A DNA stretch of 64,000 nt from Takakia lepidozioides (GCA_030704615.1 CM060734.1:21824001-21888000), one strand, 5' to 3'. Positions 11,495-25,533 are shown, numbered from the stretch's first letter. Translations and numbers: made by a program. The notes: generated from the letters alone by a model not told the origin.

Positions 11495-13632
11495 TTGGAA
11501 AGAAAAATAATCAAAGAATCAACTATCATTTAAATTGCAATATGTATGAATCCATCTCAAAAACCTCCCTCAGTCTTGTCATATCCATTGTGCTTTCATC
11601 TACAGTGTATTCATGCGTGCTCCATTTCATGAATGTTTTCCTTTGTTCAACATCCATTGTACATTCATCCTCTGTACTCTTTAATCCACCCCACAAACCT
11701 ACCACATTCATGTCATATACGTTGTGCATTCGTCTAAAGTTTTAGTCATGCATCTTCCTGTCATGAATGTTTTCCATTGCTCAACATCCATTATACATTC
11801 ATCCATTTGACTCTTATCCATCCCTCATTCATCCATCTACATTCATTTTTCACACTCATCCATCTGTTTATCATCCAACTGTACATTCATCCATCCTTTA
11901 TTCATTTGTTGCTTTCAGGTGGGAATGACCACTGCCTTTTATTATGTCGTCCAGCTTGTTTCCGCGGTAAAGGGTGCCAATCCGCAGGAATACACTCCAC
12001 TTCTTCTTGGGCGCGTGGTGACGCGGTATTCAAGTGTGATGACGTGGAGTGAGCCCCGTGATGTGGCATTGGCGCAAGGTGACGTGGCGTGAGCGCAGTT
12101 GCGCTCACGCGACCAGGCTCACGCAGAGGCATCCCTGCACTCGTGCCTCATTCAAAATTCAAGAAAAAAATCCTTTGCTCCGACCGTCAATCGTCACTAG
12201 AATTATCAACTATTCTCCATACCGTATTTTTTCTGACATCCTGGGCAACTTTTAAGCCAGTGGGCCCCCCACTACCCTGCCAATAGCAGCGCACCGTTTG
12301 GATGGGTCATCCTTGCCAGGTGGCAGCCTTACTGCAGGCGGCGGCAGACGCTAGGATGACTTCTATCGGAAAAGACGTAACTCGTGGTGTCACTTTACTC
12401 CAAATGGCTATACTACCATCTTTTTGGAATGTGGACACCTTCTAACAGCCGGGAAAATTACATGTTCAAATTCAATGAGTAAAGCCATTCTAGTTTGTTG
12501 ACATGATGATAGTGGGTAATATGCAACAAATGCTCCCTTAAAAATGGAGGCAATTTATGAATTTTGGTGCCAAGAATAAGAGCTCTTTATGCTACAAACA
12601 ACTTTGTCTAGTCATTGCATGTGAAATATGCATAGTTATCAACAAGCTTCAACTTGGGAAAAAACAAAAGACAAGCCCCCCTGGAGATGTAGGTTGTTCA
12701 TGATCATTGAGAATGCAAAGTGTAACAGGTCCACAACATAGACCACGACAATGCTCCATGGAAACTTGGTGACATGAAATTAATCTACGAATTTGAACTA
12801 TAGTATCACGATCGCAAGTGGAACACAAGAATCTTGCCTTGCATACTTTTGAAAACCAATTTCAATGCAACCGTCTTCCTCCGCTTTATTTCTTCATGCT
12901 TTCTCATCAATTCTCTACTATTGATATTAAGATGGTCTACACTAGAATCTACTAAGAAAAAATTACAGATAGCTATATAAACATGCTAGTGACTACATAT
13001 AGAAAAATTACATTTGGGGACATGTAGTGTCACTTAGCAAAATTATAGGGGCCCCCAACCATAGAAGCACCACAAGTGCACCACCGTTGTGGTTCACCCC
13101 CGCGCCTCATTTATAGTTACTAGGCTAGCTAGGCTAAAATAATCTCAAAACAAACTTATTTTTCTTACCTATTTTGATCCAAAAACAATAGCAATCAGTA
13201 AGATCTTAATGCAAGCGTGCGGTTTGCCTGTGCTTTCGTCATGGCAGGGCGTGTCAGCGGGGCGACTGCGGGGAAGCGAACCCCACGTTCGCTTCGCCGG
13301 GCGAATTCGCTTCACTGTAGGTAAAGTGTATTTGTTTTTCATCTTGCGTAGTAGAAATCAGCTTGTTTTATCCAGTAAAAATGGAGCTGCGTCGTCTCGC
13401 ACATGTTGCGGCGACCTGTGCAAGACCTGTCGTACTGTACTTGCTAGGTTTTGATTTTTTAAGTGTATGCTTTCTCTACAGTAGAGCAAACATGGAAGAT
13501 TCTCTTCCCAGCTCTTTCTTGGGTTATTTTCTAGAAGGAGTTGAAGGGTTTTCCTCTTCCTCTCCTCGAGATGTGCAAAAAAATGTGCAAGCTCTTCAAG
13601 CTCCTCCAAACCATTTGCAGGAAGTCTAAGCT

Positions 13633-14445
13633 TTGAAAAATCATGTACAGATAGTCCCAGCTCAGGAAGATGGTGGGAGACTGTGGACAAATCCCTGCAT
13701 TGAGTTTTTGTTGGATTTGTGGGAGGAGAAACATCGGGAGTACAACCGAGAACACATGAGAGAAGTGAATTGGAAAGAGCTTGCAAAGTTGTTGAACCTG
13801 AACTTTGCAAATCATGTGCAATGGACCTGAAAGCAATGCAGAGAAAAAATCAACAAGATGGAGGACAAGTATATAGAGGAGAAAAAGAAGACTAAGGTGA
13901 CAGGTGCCGTGCCTTCAGATTGGTCTTGGTTTGATAGATTTGACAACATTTGGGGAGGAACCTCGAAAATTAATGTTGTCCCTCATGCTATCGATCAGGG
14001 AGTTTATTCTACTCATATTGAGCCTGTGGAAGTGAGTGATGATGAGGATACTGTTCCACAAACTCAGCAGGAAGATGTACCGAGGACTCCTAGTGAACGC
14101 ATGACTCCTGTTTTTGGTGACGGTGTTGAGGATGTTGCACCTGAGCATGCTGCTTTGGCTAGTTCACCAAGGACCAAAGCTTGCAAGCTCCCTGGTGTGC
14201 AGGGAAAGCCGCATGGGAAAGCAGATAAGAAGAGGAGGCGTTTGTCTGTAGGGTCCTCTGTAATTGCACATGCTATCAAAGACTTCGGCGATGGTGTGAA
14301 AGAAATAAAAAAGTTGAAGATGGAAATGACTGAGAGAATCACTACTCAGATGCTTCAGAGTGAACAGGTAAGGAGAGATGTGATAGTGCAAGGACAATTG
14401 CAGATGGCTGCCCTCTTTGCAGAGGTTTTGAAGCCTAAAGAATAA
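13633..14445 (+). pseudogene. Harbinger Myb/SANT (trihelix-like) DNA-binding protein
   Basis: LWTNPCIEFLLDLWEEK...NWKELA...WT*KQCREKINKMEDKY...SDWSWFDRFDNIW; internal stop at 13828. Confidence 0.85.
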
Positions 14446-14579
14446 TGCAGAGCTTGGTATGGTTTAGGGTGCTGTGTGTGGGAAAGCATCCAATGTTGAG
14501 TTACAACTGCAATAAAAATTTGTTTGATCTCGATACCAAATGGAGTACAGAATAGGCGTTTAGGCCTTAGCTGGATTAT

Positions 14580-15828
14580 CTATCAACCACTGCTCAAACA
14601 ACTTAGTCCTTAATCTTTCTCCTTCTGCTTTTGCAATCTCTCCATCTTTCAGTGTCGGTAATCTATCAATTCAAAAACCCGCCAAACGATCTCTTTTAGC
14701 TGGGGCATTGACAAGCCCTGGCTCAGGAGCACCCCACAACTCACAAAAATTATGCAAGACACAACAAGTTACCGCAATTCTAGCAGCTCTATCAACTCCA
14801 GAATTAAAATGTTTCAGAATAAGCCATCTGGTTTTTAGATATCCAAAAGCATTTTCTATTGTCATCCTGCCTAAGTTCATGCTAGAATCAATCTTCTATA
14901 TGTCAGCAGGATTGCGGGTTTTCCAATTCTTCTGCAAGTATGTGCGGATAGGATAAGCTGCATCTCCAATCAAGTACGAAGTGTATCTCATGCCTCCAAG
15001 TGTGACCACTGGCTCGACATCTTGAACAGTCCTCCATCATGAACCCCTCCTAGTCGGCCCGCACATACATTCCAAAATATCTTGTCTGCATCACAAACGG
15101 CTTGCAGCACAATACTTTGGAATTTTTTCTAGTCTAAAAATCACTAAGTGCAAGTGTGACTCTTTTATTGGGAAGCTCAGCTAAAGGAATGTGACTGCCA
15201 TCAATTGCTCCACAAACATTAGGTAGCCCTGTGAGCTCTTGGAAACGGTTTATAATCTCGTTCAAACGGTCACCTGAAAGGATACTAATGTACTTGTTGA
15301 ACAATTTATTTCTATCAGTTAGAATGTTACAAACAATATCAACATACTTTCGTATGGTTGATGCACCCACATTGAAACGATCAGCCATATGTGTAGCACT
15401 ACACCCATGAGCAAACCTATATAGAACAATGGCCACAATTTTTCTGATCTCTAATTGTGGCCTCACAGGATTAAGAGATCGAGATTGCAAGAAAGGTGTC
15501 AATTCTAAAACTAAGTTGTTGAAAGTTCAAAACTCATTCTGTAAAACATTAAACATTTATTGTCTCTCATTTCAGGTGTAGTATGCCACACGTTTCTTTC
15601 TACATGATCCCAATGCGTGTATTGTCTAGGTTCTTTCCACCACAAGCAAGGTGGATGTCTCTTTCTCTTTGCAATGACACAGAAAATTGGAAAGAAACTA
15701 AACCCTATTGGTGGTTCATTGTCTGCAAGCAAGTGCCTCACTCTGGACTTGAACATTCCACAGTTTCCTAAGGTAACAGAAAGAAGCATCAAAATGAGCA
15801 AAACCCTTCCCATGAGAGCTCGGTCCAT
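14580..15828 (-). pseudogene. Harbinger DDE transposase (HARBI1/ALP1-like)
   Basis: GLPNVCGAIDGSHIPL, VLQAVCDADK, YLIGDAAYP, IENAFGYLKTRW; frameshifts and stops. Confidence 0.9.
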
Positions 15829-16703
15829 TTTTCTATGGTTGGGTTTGGAAAGTTACAAGCACTTGAGCGCGTAATGGCAAGCACCTCATCATATAATGGC
15901 AAACACCTCAGCATGTAAGGGCAAGCACTGAGCTTCGGTAAAAACCAACTCCAAAAAGAAAAATGCGACAGGGCCACCAACCGTTTGCTACATGTGCCGG
16001 GTACAGCCCTTCGCTTCACTCCCTTGACGTTGGGCCCACCGCTGGCGAATTCGCCAGGCGAACGGGAATGAGCGAAGGTGCATGTGCGCAGGCCTACTAG
16101 CTCCTTCGAGAGGCCCCTTTTCAAATCCTCCCCACCCCCTCTTAAGCCGGACTCACTATTATTTTAGAAGAGAGAGAGAGAGGGATGACACCAACTGTAG
16201 TTAGCGTAAATAAAAGCCTCTTTCTCTTGCAGGTAGTGCTCCCGATCGAAGATTTTAGAATACTAATGGTTGTCATGCAATGACAAGTAATTTTTTGGTA
16301 ATTACTTGGTAATGGTGGTAGAACTGTCACTTTGGTGTTGGGTCAATTATTGACATTTGGTGTTTGGTGTCATTCCAATCTGTATCACTCTTGAGAGGGG
16401 TTGGGGAAGACTTGACAAAGAGCAAACAAGCGTACCTTGCTCTCAGAGATAGCCCGGTTGCACAGCCTCCTTCCACGTGGTCAAACAAAAGTGTGAAGTT
16501 ATAAGGAGATCAGCTCCCTTTCACCCGCTATCGTTAGTTGGTATTTGGGATGACATATTGAGTAGGTCTTTTTCTTCAGGTTTTTTCTTTTCTTCTTGGC
16601 TCTCTTTTCTTCATTAGAGCAACTGGTTCATCTTGGGAGATGAGTTGGTTACATGGACGGCCGGCCAAAAGGCTTTTTTTGGGGCGTCCTCCTACCTCAC
16701 TAA

Positions 16704-17841
16704 AGCCTAGCCGCACTGCCCTATTTCTTTGTGGCTACGTCGAGTTTAGCCAGCTTCGTCTATTTGGCTCTTGCACTACACAATTTAGCCGTAGCTAAAT
16801 ATTCGCCACAACTAAACTACCCCGTTTATTTGCCGTGCCTATTAAACTCTCTCCCCCCACGTATTAATTTTAGCATTTGGGGGCAAGATGAGGAAATTTC
16901 AGAAAGTGCCCGCTCCTCCTTCTCGCTCCTCTCTCCTTGCCTTCTCCTTGTGAAAATGAAGCCTGACAGGTTGCAGTGAGGATGAGGACCTGATTTCAAC
17001 CTGGAGGAGGTCCACTTAATTTCACTTTAAGGACGCTTATATGCGTTATTTTTTGCTTATGTCAAATTTGTGTGGTGTCTGTATTTGAAGTCTCCAACAC
17101 CTTTCTCTATGTCTCTTCCACTTATTGTGATGTTAGAGCCCACCTTCACAAAGAGTCCAATATCCTTGAACCTGATCTTAGTTACCTTGACTTGAGCAGA
17201 GTACCCTCACCCCTCTTTTTTACTAGGGTATGGAAGGCACCATGAGATTGTTATAATGCTGATGTACATTCAAAGAATTGTATATGAGATAAACACGGTG
17301 TTCATAATTTGAAATGGCAGTAGTGTGGACTGAATTATTCAGACAATGAGCTCTCAAATTTGTCATAGTGGTCATCATGTATTTGGTCTTGGATTGAAAT
17401 TTGCAAAGGTCTATGGGCCGGACATTATGTGATCATCCAACAGCTAGAGACACGAGTAATTATGAGCTGTTTGATATAATTGTAGGGACTCGATGCACAT
17501 ATCTACCTCATAAAAGAAGGCAGGAGTGATAACTTATGTTGCTTTTTGGCATCAAAGTCTTATGGGATCTATGGTGTTGTTTTTTATACACCTCCAGCGT
17601 GCCCCTCACACCACCCATGAGCTATGGCGTCCCCCATGTAGCTCTTGTTTCCCATTCTCTTTTTCCTTCTGCATCTAATGAGCTATTGCGTCCCGCGTAG
17701 TGAAAGAAGCACAGCTGGGCAATGAGGACGGTAACATTCCTTAACCATGGCTTACTACAGCTATTTGCTGCCCTGTAGCCATGGCTAACTAATCACAATT
17801 TAGCCAGCCACGGTTAGTGGTGGCTACAGTGTGGCTGGGCC
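16704..17841. mobile_element. Degenerate non-autonomous Harbinger-like element
   Basis: Imperfect TIR AGCCTAGCCGCACTG / CAGTGTGGCTGGGCC (12/15), TAA on the left flank, TAGCC-rich subterminal motifs at both ends. Confidence 0.4.
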
Positions 17842-18129
17842 GAAGAGAAATGAAAGTTTGTTTTTGTTTTTTTTGTTTTTTTTGGGCTAGGGCCGTTGTT
17901 TCCTTGGAAACCAAAAACAAAAAAAACAATAGGAATAATGTAAGAACTTAACACACGAGTACGATCTGACAATACTTCCACCGAATTCAAGTAGCTTCCG
18001 CTCCTCCAGCGGGTGGCGAAGGGGCGTGTGGGGATATAAGTTTATTCAGCGAGTTTGGGGTAGCGGGGCAGTGGGACTTAGCTCATCCTATCAACTCTTC
18101 CCCACCCCTCTTACCCGGGACTCACTAAT

Positions 18130-18570
18130 AAATATTTCAGAATGCATGATCTCACCTTCTTCCACTGCATCCACTCCATGGATCTTCTTCTCCACCGCAT
18201 CTACCCCTTAATTCATGGACTCCGTATAACCCCACATAATCAAGGAGTCAGACAACTCCTAAATTTTCTACTGTCACACCATAAGTCCAGATGGTTCAAC
18301 CTCATCAATGTGGGAACGTTCTAAAGAAGGCCATCAGATTGCACTATACCCTTGTGGCTCCTACCATGCACATGTCTAGTTCACCCTTGTCACTACCGAT
18401 CAAGACTCTGTCTAGATATCTTAGTAATCCATGGACTCCCTATCACGTCGACATTATCAAACAGGGCCACTCCCATCCCTCATCTTTCATATGATAGAAT
18501 TCACATTCTGTCATAATAGGTACCCAGACAATTGATTACATATAAACGTGACAAATACGAACCCCTCATA
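18130..18570 (+). mobile_element. Old fragment of an RLE-type non-LTR retrotransposon, same family as 47020-47726
   Basis: Broken frames read HN..V...LL......WFNLINVGT...TIPLWLLP...RLCLDILVIHGLP...HMIEFTFCHNRYP. Confidence 0.7.
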
Positions 18571-19947
18571 ATGGGCTTTTGTCAGCATGGATGGAACGTG
18601 GCCCCTTGACTATTATCACCGGAGGTGTCAGGGGAGGCACACATAGCCATAATGTCCACATCCTAAAAGAGAACCTCAAACTACTTCTTGAACGCACCAC
18701 CCTCCTTCTATGCACCGGGGGTTGGTAGAACATGAGTTGAGCACGAGAAAACGTGGGCGTGAGCACAAAAACACCGCAGGATACACATGTTTCCACGGAC
18801 ACAAAATTCACGCGAATAGGGTTCCAAAATAGAGAAAATGTTAGTTGTGTGCCTATTTTTGTGCCTATCTTTGTCCCTATTTCTGTTCCTAAACCCTAAA
18901 CCCTAATGAAACTAGGCACCTGTAATGTATATCTTCAAGCTCCAAGTTCCACATATCTACAGCTTTGGTATCCTACAAAAGAATAACACATTAGGGAAAA
19001 ACAAAGTCACAATAACCAACACCATCCAAAACACACAAACACCAAACAATAATTGAACAACGGGTTTCAATAGCGAAATAAATCAAGGTATCGGGTTTCG
19101 CCAGCGAAATTTCCAGGTATCGCTGTGTAGGTCATTATCCAATGGTTTCGTGGGCAAAACAAAATGTGTTGTGTTTGGTTTTGCATATAAGAGACGACGT
19201 GAGATTGTTTTATTTCGCTAACGAATTGTTATGTGCTTATTGCGGCATGTTGGTACCCATGTTTTCATGGGCGAAACAGAATGAAATAATTCTAGTTTCG
19301 CGTATTACTGATTGCATCGAGCGGTCTCACCTGCACTTGACTAAATATGCAACTATTAAGCAACGAAAATCCTTGATGGAGACGGCACCTACCGGATATT
19401 CCTTATGCCCCAACTTCGCGTGGCTTGTGCTCACGTGAGCACAAATTGCACGTTTTAGTTTCGCCATCGCATATTTTCAAGAATATTCTACGAATTTCCG
19501 GTATATCCTCTTCTGCTCTACCCAACCTCCTACGCACCATACATTTTACAACTATCCCATCGCCCTTAATCCTCAACAAGCGCATGATTGATGGTGGTCA
19601 GCTAGCCAATGTGTGACTGGCCTGGTGCTAAGCCCACTCCTGAAAGGGGGCAGTACCCGCAAGGGGAAGAGACTCTTATTTACACTAGCTCTAGTTGATG
19701 TCTATATACAACGACGAGTAGCCTACTAGTATGATGGTGGGGATGGTAGCTATGAGGATTGGAATTCTTTGTGGGCCATAGTTTCACCCCGCTGTTGTAG
19801 GTTAGTGTCACCCCCTCTTTGTGTCAACCCAGCTCCTGTGGTTCGTGTCACCCTGATCTGTGTCACCCCCACTTGTGCGGTGTAGATTTCAAGTGTTTGA
19901 TGTAATTTCCTCTTAGTACATTGTAGACTTACTCAAATTTGGACTTA

Positions 19948-20367
19948 GAGCATCTCCACGGTGCCACAGTACTTGCCCGAAAACGGCAATCTAACGACGC
20001 GGGGTCCAAAAAAGTAGCGCAACTTGCTCCACGGTTGGCTCAGCCCGGTAGAATTGCTACCGGGCCCGCCTTAAATGTGCCTCCCACCCGGCACTTTTGC
20101 CAATCATACCGGGACCCGCCAACCACTCTACATCAAATTTGTAAGTTATTTGTGAGTTAATGAGATATGATGTCCTCGGTCAACGCGCCAAGATTGTGAT
20201 CGAGCGGCGGGCCCCCCTCGGGGCTATCTCCCTGGGGGCTATCTGTGCCGGGTCTCCTACCGTCCCAACCGTGGAGTGTCAGCCAACCAGTCCTTGTAAA
20301 AAATGCCGTCGCCCTTGTAACCAGGGTATATAACGTTTGACGGGCCATGCTCACCATGGAGATGCTC
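19948..20367. mobile_element. Tourist-type (PIF/Harbinger) MITE
   Basis: TIR GAGCATCTCCA(C/T)GGTG, 15/16 identical; TTA TSD at 19945-47 and 20368-70. Confidence 0.93.
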
Positions 20368-20541
20368 TTAGTCAGTCAAATTTCGTGACACCAAGTAGGA
20401 GTTACACTGATTAGGGAGTGTCACTCCGGATGATAGTGTCACCCCATTGCATGTCACCCCAAAATGTCACGTTGGGTGGGAACGACTTAACATGCCGAAA
20501 ACCAACATAATGTATGGTCAGAGGTCGCAAGTGTGCATTAA

Positions 20542-21183
20542 CCCTTAAACGCCCAGTAGCCCGTTTCGGGCTTTTGGGTTTAGAAAAATCTGAATAACTT
20601 TTTGCATTCTCCATAGAATTGTGTGAAAAAAAAATATAGTGTTCTTGGGCACATGGCACACCAAGATTCATTGCCCGATTGCCTCGGATCTGCCAAGTTG
20701 CAAAGAGGTCTCATCACGCAAGCAGGGGGGTCACGATTTGATAAAGGTAATTCTCGTTGTTTCATTCTTCACACTTGTGTCAGAGAGGGAGAGAAACATG
20801 GGATTTTCCCAGGTTTGACCAAGTGGCAACATCACATGCATTGGCCAAATTGGATACTTTTTGGCTTGTTGGATGAGGGATCTGAAGGGGATGAAACCCT
20901 GCTAATTTCGCCTCAATCCCATTTGATACCGTCACTCAAATCTTTAAAAAATTACCAAAAATGGATATGTTTCTCAAAAGGGCCCCAATAATGGGGCCCA
21001 CATTCAACGGTGGCATTTTGTGGATCTGGGGCTGATTGGCCTCAAATTCGGCAGGTGGAAGGTACGCACCTAATGTGCGGTCAAGTTCTTTAAAAAGTTA
21101 ATTTTCTGAAAGTTACACCTTTTTTTCACTTAAGGGGTCATGTTTTCTGAAAAAATCAAACTATGGCACTGGGCGTTTAAGGG
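20542..21183. mobile_element. piggyBac-like non-autonomous DNA transposon
   Basis: Perfect 16-bp TIR CCCTTAAACGCCCAGT (20542-57; 21168-83) with TTAA on both flanks (20538-41; 21184-87). Confidence 0.82.
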
Positions 21184-21339
21184 TTAAAGTGCTTACATTA
21201 TTCCTATTGTTCCCATAATCCCTACTTTTATTTTATAACAGCATCTTCAAAGAACTTTAGTGTCTCTACCTGTAAAGCAAAAAAACAAAAAAGTCTCTCT
21301 TAACTTCCCCCGTAAGTTAAATTGCAAATTGGAATTGTA

Positions 21340-21490
21340 CTTCCAACCCTCGTCAGTAATCCTAACCTCAACAATTACCATTATAGCCTTGAGGCGATTG
21401 TGCTTCTCAAGAGGAAATGATTTGGTCCATACATCCGCTACCATATCTTCAGTAAAACAAACGATTAACTCGATATCACTAATTTCACAG
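21340..21490 (-). mobile_element. Ty1/Copia RNase H C-terminal remnant
   Basis: DIELIVCFTEDMVADVWTKSFPLEKH resembles the Copia TxDMxADxxTKxL terminus. Confidence 0.55.
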
Positions 21491-22010
21491 CTTACAGCTT
21501 TAACGCTCCTGAAGCTAACTATCCCAAAAAGACGTCCCAAATGTTGGGTTGCCCAGAGACTGGGAACAATGCTTTCCAATTGACCGAGCCCTGCGATGGA
21601 AATGCAAATAATTCAAAATGCATGCATCTGAACAATACTAACCTCAGGCCCTTGTCTTGACTGATTAGAGGTACACCACCAAACCACCAAACCACCAATG
21701 AGGGGAAGCCCCCTCTGATGTCTCCATTCACAGGCATGGAGTAGCAAATATCACCCTTTTGGGAATGTGGCAAATTGTAGCCCGAGTTTGCCAGATTCCG
21801 TATCCATCCTTCAGCCAGTCTAAGTAAGAATCCAGTTGATGGAGAGGAGTGAAGTCCTTTGTTGCAAATACACCTTGCCAGGGAGGCTAGGCTCTCGATT
21901 GTTAGGGGACATGAAGAGACGTTCGGAATTTTGAAGTTCAGAGAATCATTTACTTTTTCCCCATCATGGCACCTTTTTGTAAATAGTTCTATTATTCATC
22001 TCCATGTTTC

Positions 22011-24822
22011 TTATCTGTCCGAATAAAAACCTTCGTAGGGAACCAGTGAGGCAAGATCTGTGCTCGGTTGAGGTAAAAGCCAATCAAAAAATTCTATACA
22101 GCCCTGCCTGCTTAGCCTGCGCTTCCCATAATCTACAAGCATACTCCATAGCTCCCCCACACACCAACCTTCTTTCATTATCCAGTCCACAATCTCCTGC
22201 AAACACCAGTGCAACATAAGATCATAAGAACAAAAATCCAGCCTTGCTTATTACTCTTCACCCTTATTAAGTTAAAACTAGGCTGGCACAAGTTTAGTTC
22301 AGTGATTATCACCAGCAGTTATCTGAACACTTTTGTCGCTATGTACTGACGAGATTAAGGCCAATCTGCGCCACACTTGCATACAAAAGCAGAACCAGAA
22401 TAAAACGAACCCAAGAATCTGCTTAGGTAAGATCACGTTTATAGTGAAACTTTAGGACACTGGCAACTACTAGGGAAGATCTATTGCAAGTACCAGGGTT
22501 ACGTGCAGGAAGCCGTGGATGTTTGACTTATCCTCATGAACAATAGAGCACCTTGAAGAAGAAGAAAGAAAGTATCATATCCCCTCAAACTCTCAATGTT
22601 TTCCAATTAAGATCTTGAGTCTAGGTGTAGACCCTGTAACTGTTCTGAATTTCAATTAGAACGTGTCTACAGTGGTCTTAATGCCAAGGTTGAAATGGGA
22701 TTTTACTTGGCTGTATTTGAGAAGAAAATCTTCAGTCCTCATACCAGAAACCATATCCCAGTAAGTCTGTAAGTTTCTCATTCCTTCAGCAGAGCTTAAA
22801 GCATAAGAATGTTGTCATCCTTCAAGAAATATTTGAATGTAACCTAGCTTTACCTGCAATCTTTGTGCTTCAGGGTTTTTAAATGTGAAATAGAGAACGT
22901 TAGGCCGTCCGGCCTGCGAGGCTGCCAGCCATTGCAGCATACTCTTGAGTTGAAGATTGCCACCAAATGCTCCACACCCCCAGTTTCCAGTTGCGATTCC
23001 AGCAGTAGTCTCGTGACGTGCATGGCTAGTCATATCCCGAGTGTCCAGACTTCTACAGTTTGTATCCATGCTTACATTCCTAGCTCCTTCACTTGTTTGA
23101 TCCCTGCCATCATAGCCCTGATCTTCACTTGCTGCCTCAGTAATATTTACAATATTTGACTGCATGTAGTTGTTGGTAGTTCCAGCTTCCTTCAAACTTC
23201 TAGCATTGTGCTCATTACAGAGGTCCAAGTCTGTGTTTCTGGTATCCACCGTTTCCTTACCTCGCATCTCAACTTGCCCCCAATCATTATAAGAAACACT
23301 CTCAACAAATCCACTGGTGTCGTTTGCAAAGCCTGCTCCACTTCGGGCGCTCTTGGTGGTGTTCCTTGCTTCAATAATGTTGACGCTTGCAAGCCCATTG
23401 CTCGCTTCACCTGATAATGGCAAAGCACTGGCGCCCCTTCTGCATCCAGCAGTTTCGAGAAATCCACAGAAAGCTTTATTCATCTCCCGATCCATCAGAT
23501 CAAGGCGAAATTGGTCTTCTCCAGGATGAGAGAGAGCATCAATGGCTATAATGCGAGTCTGTCTGCGGCCCCATGCATCTCTGGAGGTATTGTCAAGATA
23601 ATCACCTGTAAAGCGAAATCCTGATGCATAGCCTTCGTAGGAGCTAAATCTCTCTGCACCGACAATTTCAATGGACTCGTTATCCGCCATAGCAGGCAAA
23701 AAAAGCATTCCCGCAATGAGCTCCGGGCTGATCATGAAGCGAATTTCCTCCTGCATGCATGTGAACCATCTTTTATATACAACCCAAACCAACGCTAACT
23801 GGGGGAGGACGGCACCTTATCTGAGCCAGTGCTCCAATCAGCAGGCCTGAGCTACGAAGGCATGGATGCCCTAAGCTTGAAGAGCATACCATTCCTCAAA
23901 AAAACTGTAATACAATCTAACAGTTCGAATTCGCACTGTTGGAGAATACCTGTACACAGCCCTCCCTAAGAGCTCCGCCTCCCAGAAATTTGTTTGCAAA
24001 ATCGACCTGCAAGTATTCATGGCCGGCGTTTTCTATGCTTCCGTCTTCCATCACTGTGATAGGGCAGAGAGGAGACTTACTATGGCACCAAAAGGAGTCA
24101 GAAGATCCTTCGCTTCGAGAGGGAAGTACTTTCCGCTCGAAGGATACCATGCCTTGTGGCATTCTTCCGCATACGCGCTCAAAATAGTTTACGATACATA
24201 GCATCTTCTGCTCTATGCGCTCGCCACGCTCGAAAACCCCACCAAAAAGTCTATCAAAATTAATATCGGGTAATCGGTCCCTCCTCCTTTCTTGTGTGGG
24301 ATAGAGACAGAAGAAGGAGCATGCTAACAGCCCCGCCACCATCTCCTGGCTCAAAAGTACCAGACCAGCTTGTTGAGGGTGCATGATCTGCAGTACCATG
24401 TCCGAATTCAATGCCATTTGCAGGGAACCGTCTTCAGCCACATCGTGCTTCGAAGAGATGCTGGAATTGTGAGTCTCGAGTAAAACGGGTAGATGGAGTG
24501 CAAGCTTGGCCATGGCTGGCAGTGTGGAATTGAAGAAAATCTGAGCATTTTCATAAGGCATTAGATCGTCAAAGAAAAGAGTGAGTCCAGCTGCGGCGCT
24601 ACCAGACAAACTGGTATGGGGGAACCCACTCTCTCTTCGCATATCCACGATACAATCATACAAAGCTTCTCCGCTGCTGCTTTGGCTAGTCATGGGCCCT
24701 TCTGCCAGGCCCAGCAGTGCACGCTTCACAATCTCTGGCCATGCGTATGCTCCAGTCACGCTATCTTTTGTCACTGGCAAGAATGCATCCACTGATGAAA
24801 CCCTACCACCCGACATTGCCAT
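22011..24822 (-). CDS. PARG: Poly(ADP-ribose) glycohydrolase; exons 24822-23950, 23750-22854, 22196-22011
   Basis: VDFANKFLGGGALREGCVQ|EEIRF signature split by a GT-AG intron; YEGYASGF; ATGNWGCGAFGG; C-terminal WCVGELW exon; frame intact across junctions. Confidence 0.93.
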
Positions 24823-25533
24823 GCATCTCACACAACACCTGCATTCATGACTTTAGCCCCTGCTTGCCAGTCTAACGTGCATTTTGAAGTTCAATGGTAT
24901 CACATGCGCATCTCGGTGTAAGCACACCACTGCTCTGGTATGGGCCGTGAGTTGAGCCATCTACAAAGAACTTTCAATCTGTAGTTCTGTGGGTTTTCAG
25001 CATTGTGAAACTGCTCTGGTGTGGACGGTGTGATGAGCCATCTACAAAGTACTTCTGTGCAAGGCTGTGTGGATACCAGACACCTTTGGTTGCAAAACAT
25101 TGTGTGAAGTCTGTACCTACATACTGACAAATTTTGGCCAAACATACCCTAACCCTTGTTAAGCACAAATGCAGATACTAAACATCTTGAAGCACAGGGT
25201 CAGTTTTCCTGCACTTGCGACATCAGGGATTCAATTCTGGACAACTCCTGTAACAAAGTTAGCCATATTGCTATTGGGGGATGATCATGTGCATGAAATG
25301 GTGATCGCATGGCACCTCACAAAAGAAACTGTGCTGCCAATACCCGAATGAATCCAACTTTACTCTTCTGATACAAAAAATAATGATGAGCCACCCCCTA
25401 AGTTCCATCCTCATGTTTGAAGCAACACTCTTTCTTGAGCAGGCAGGCCAAGCATGTTGAGTAGTGGGCTCTACAATTCAGCTGGGGGTTAAACAATCTT
25501 TTAACTTTCCATCTTTCAAGCACCTTGCCTATT

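Larger units (their letters stand above)
13250..16095. mobile_element. PIF/Harbinger transposon, degenerate; ends approximate
   Basis: Canonical convergent pair of Myb/SANT and DDE genes; related GGCGAATTCGC motifs near both ends (~13300, ~16045). Confidence 0.85.

Noticed and set aside
18889-18906. Telomere repeat CCCTAAA
   Set aside because: Only about two units.
19060-19320. hAT-like subterminal GCGAAA/TTTCGC repeats
   Set aside because: No matching TIR pair or 8-bp TSD found.
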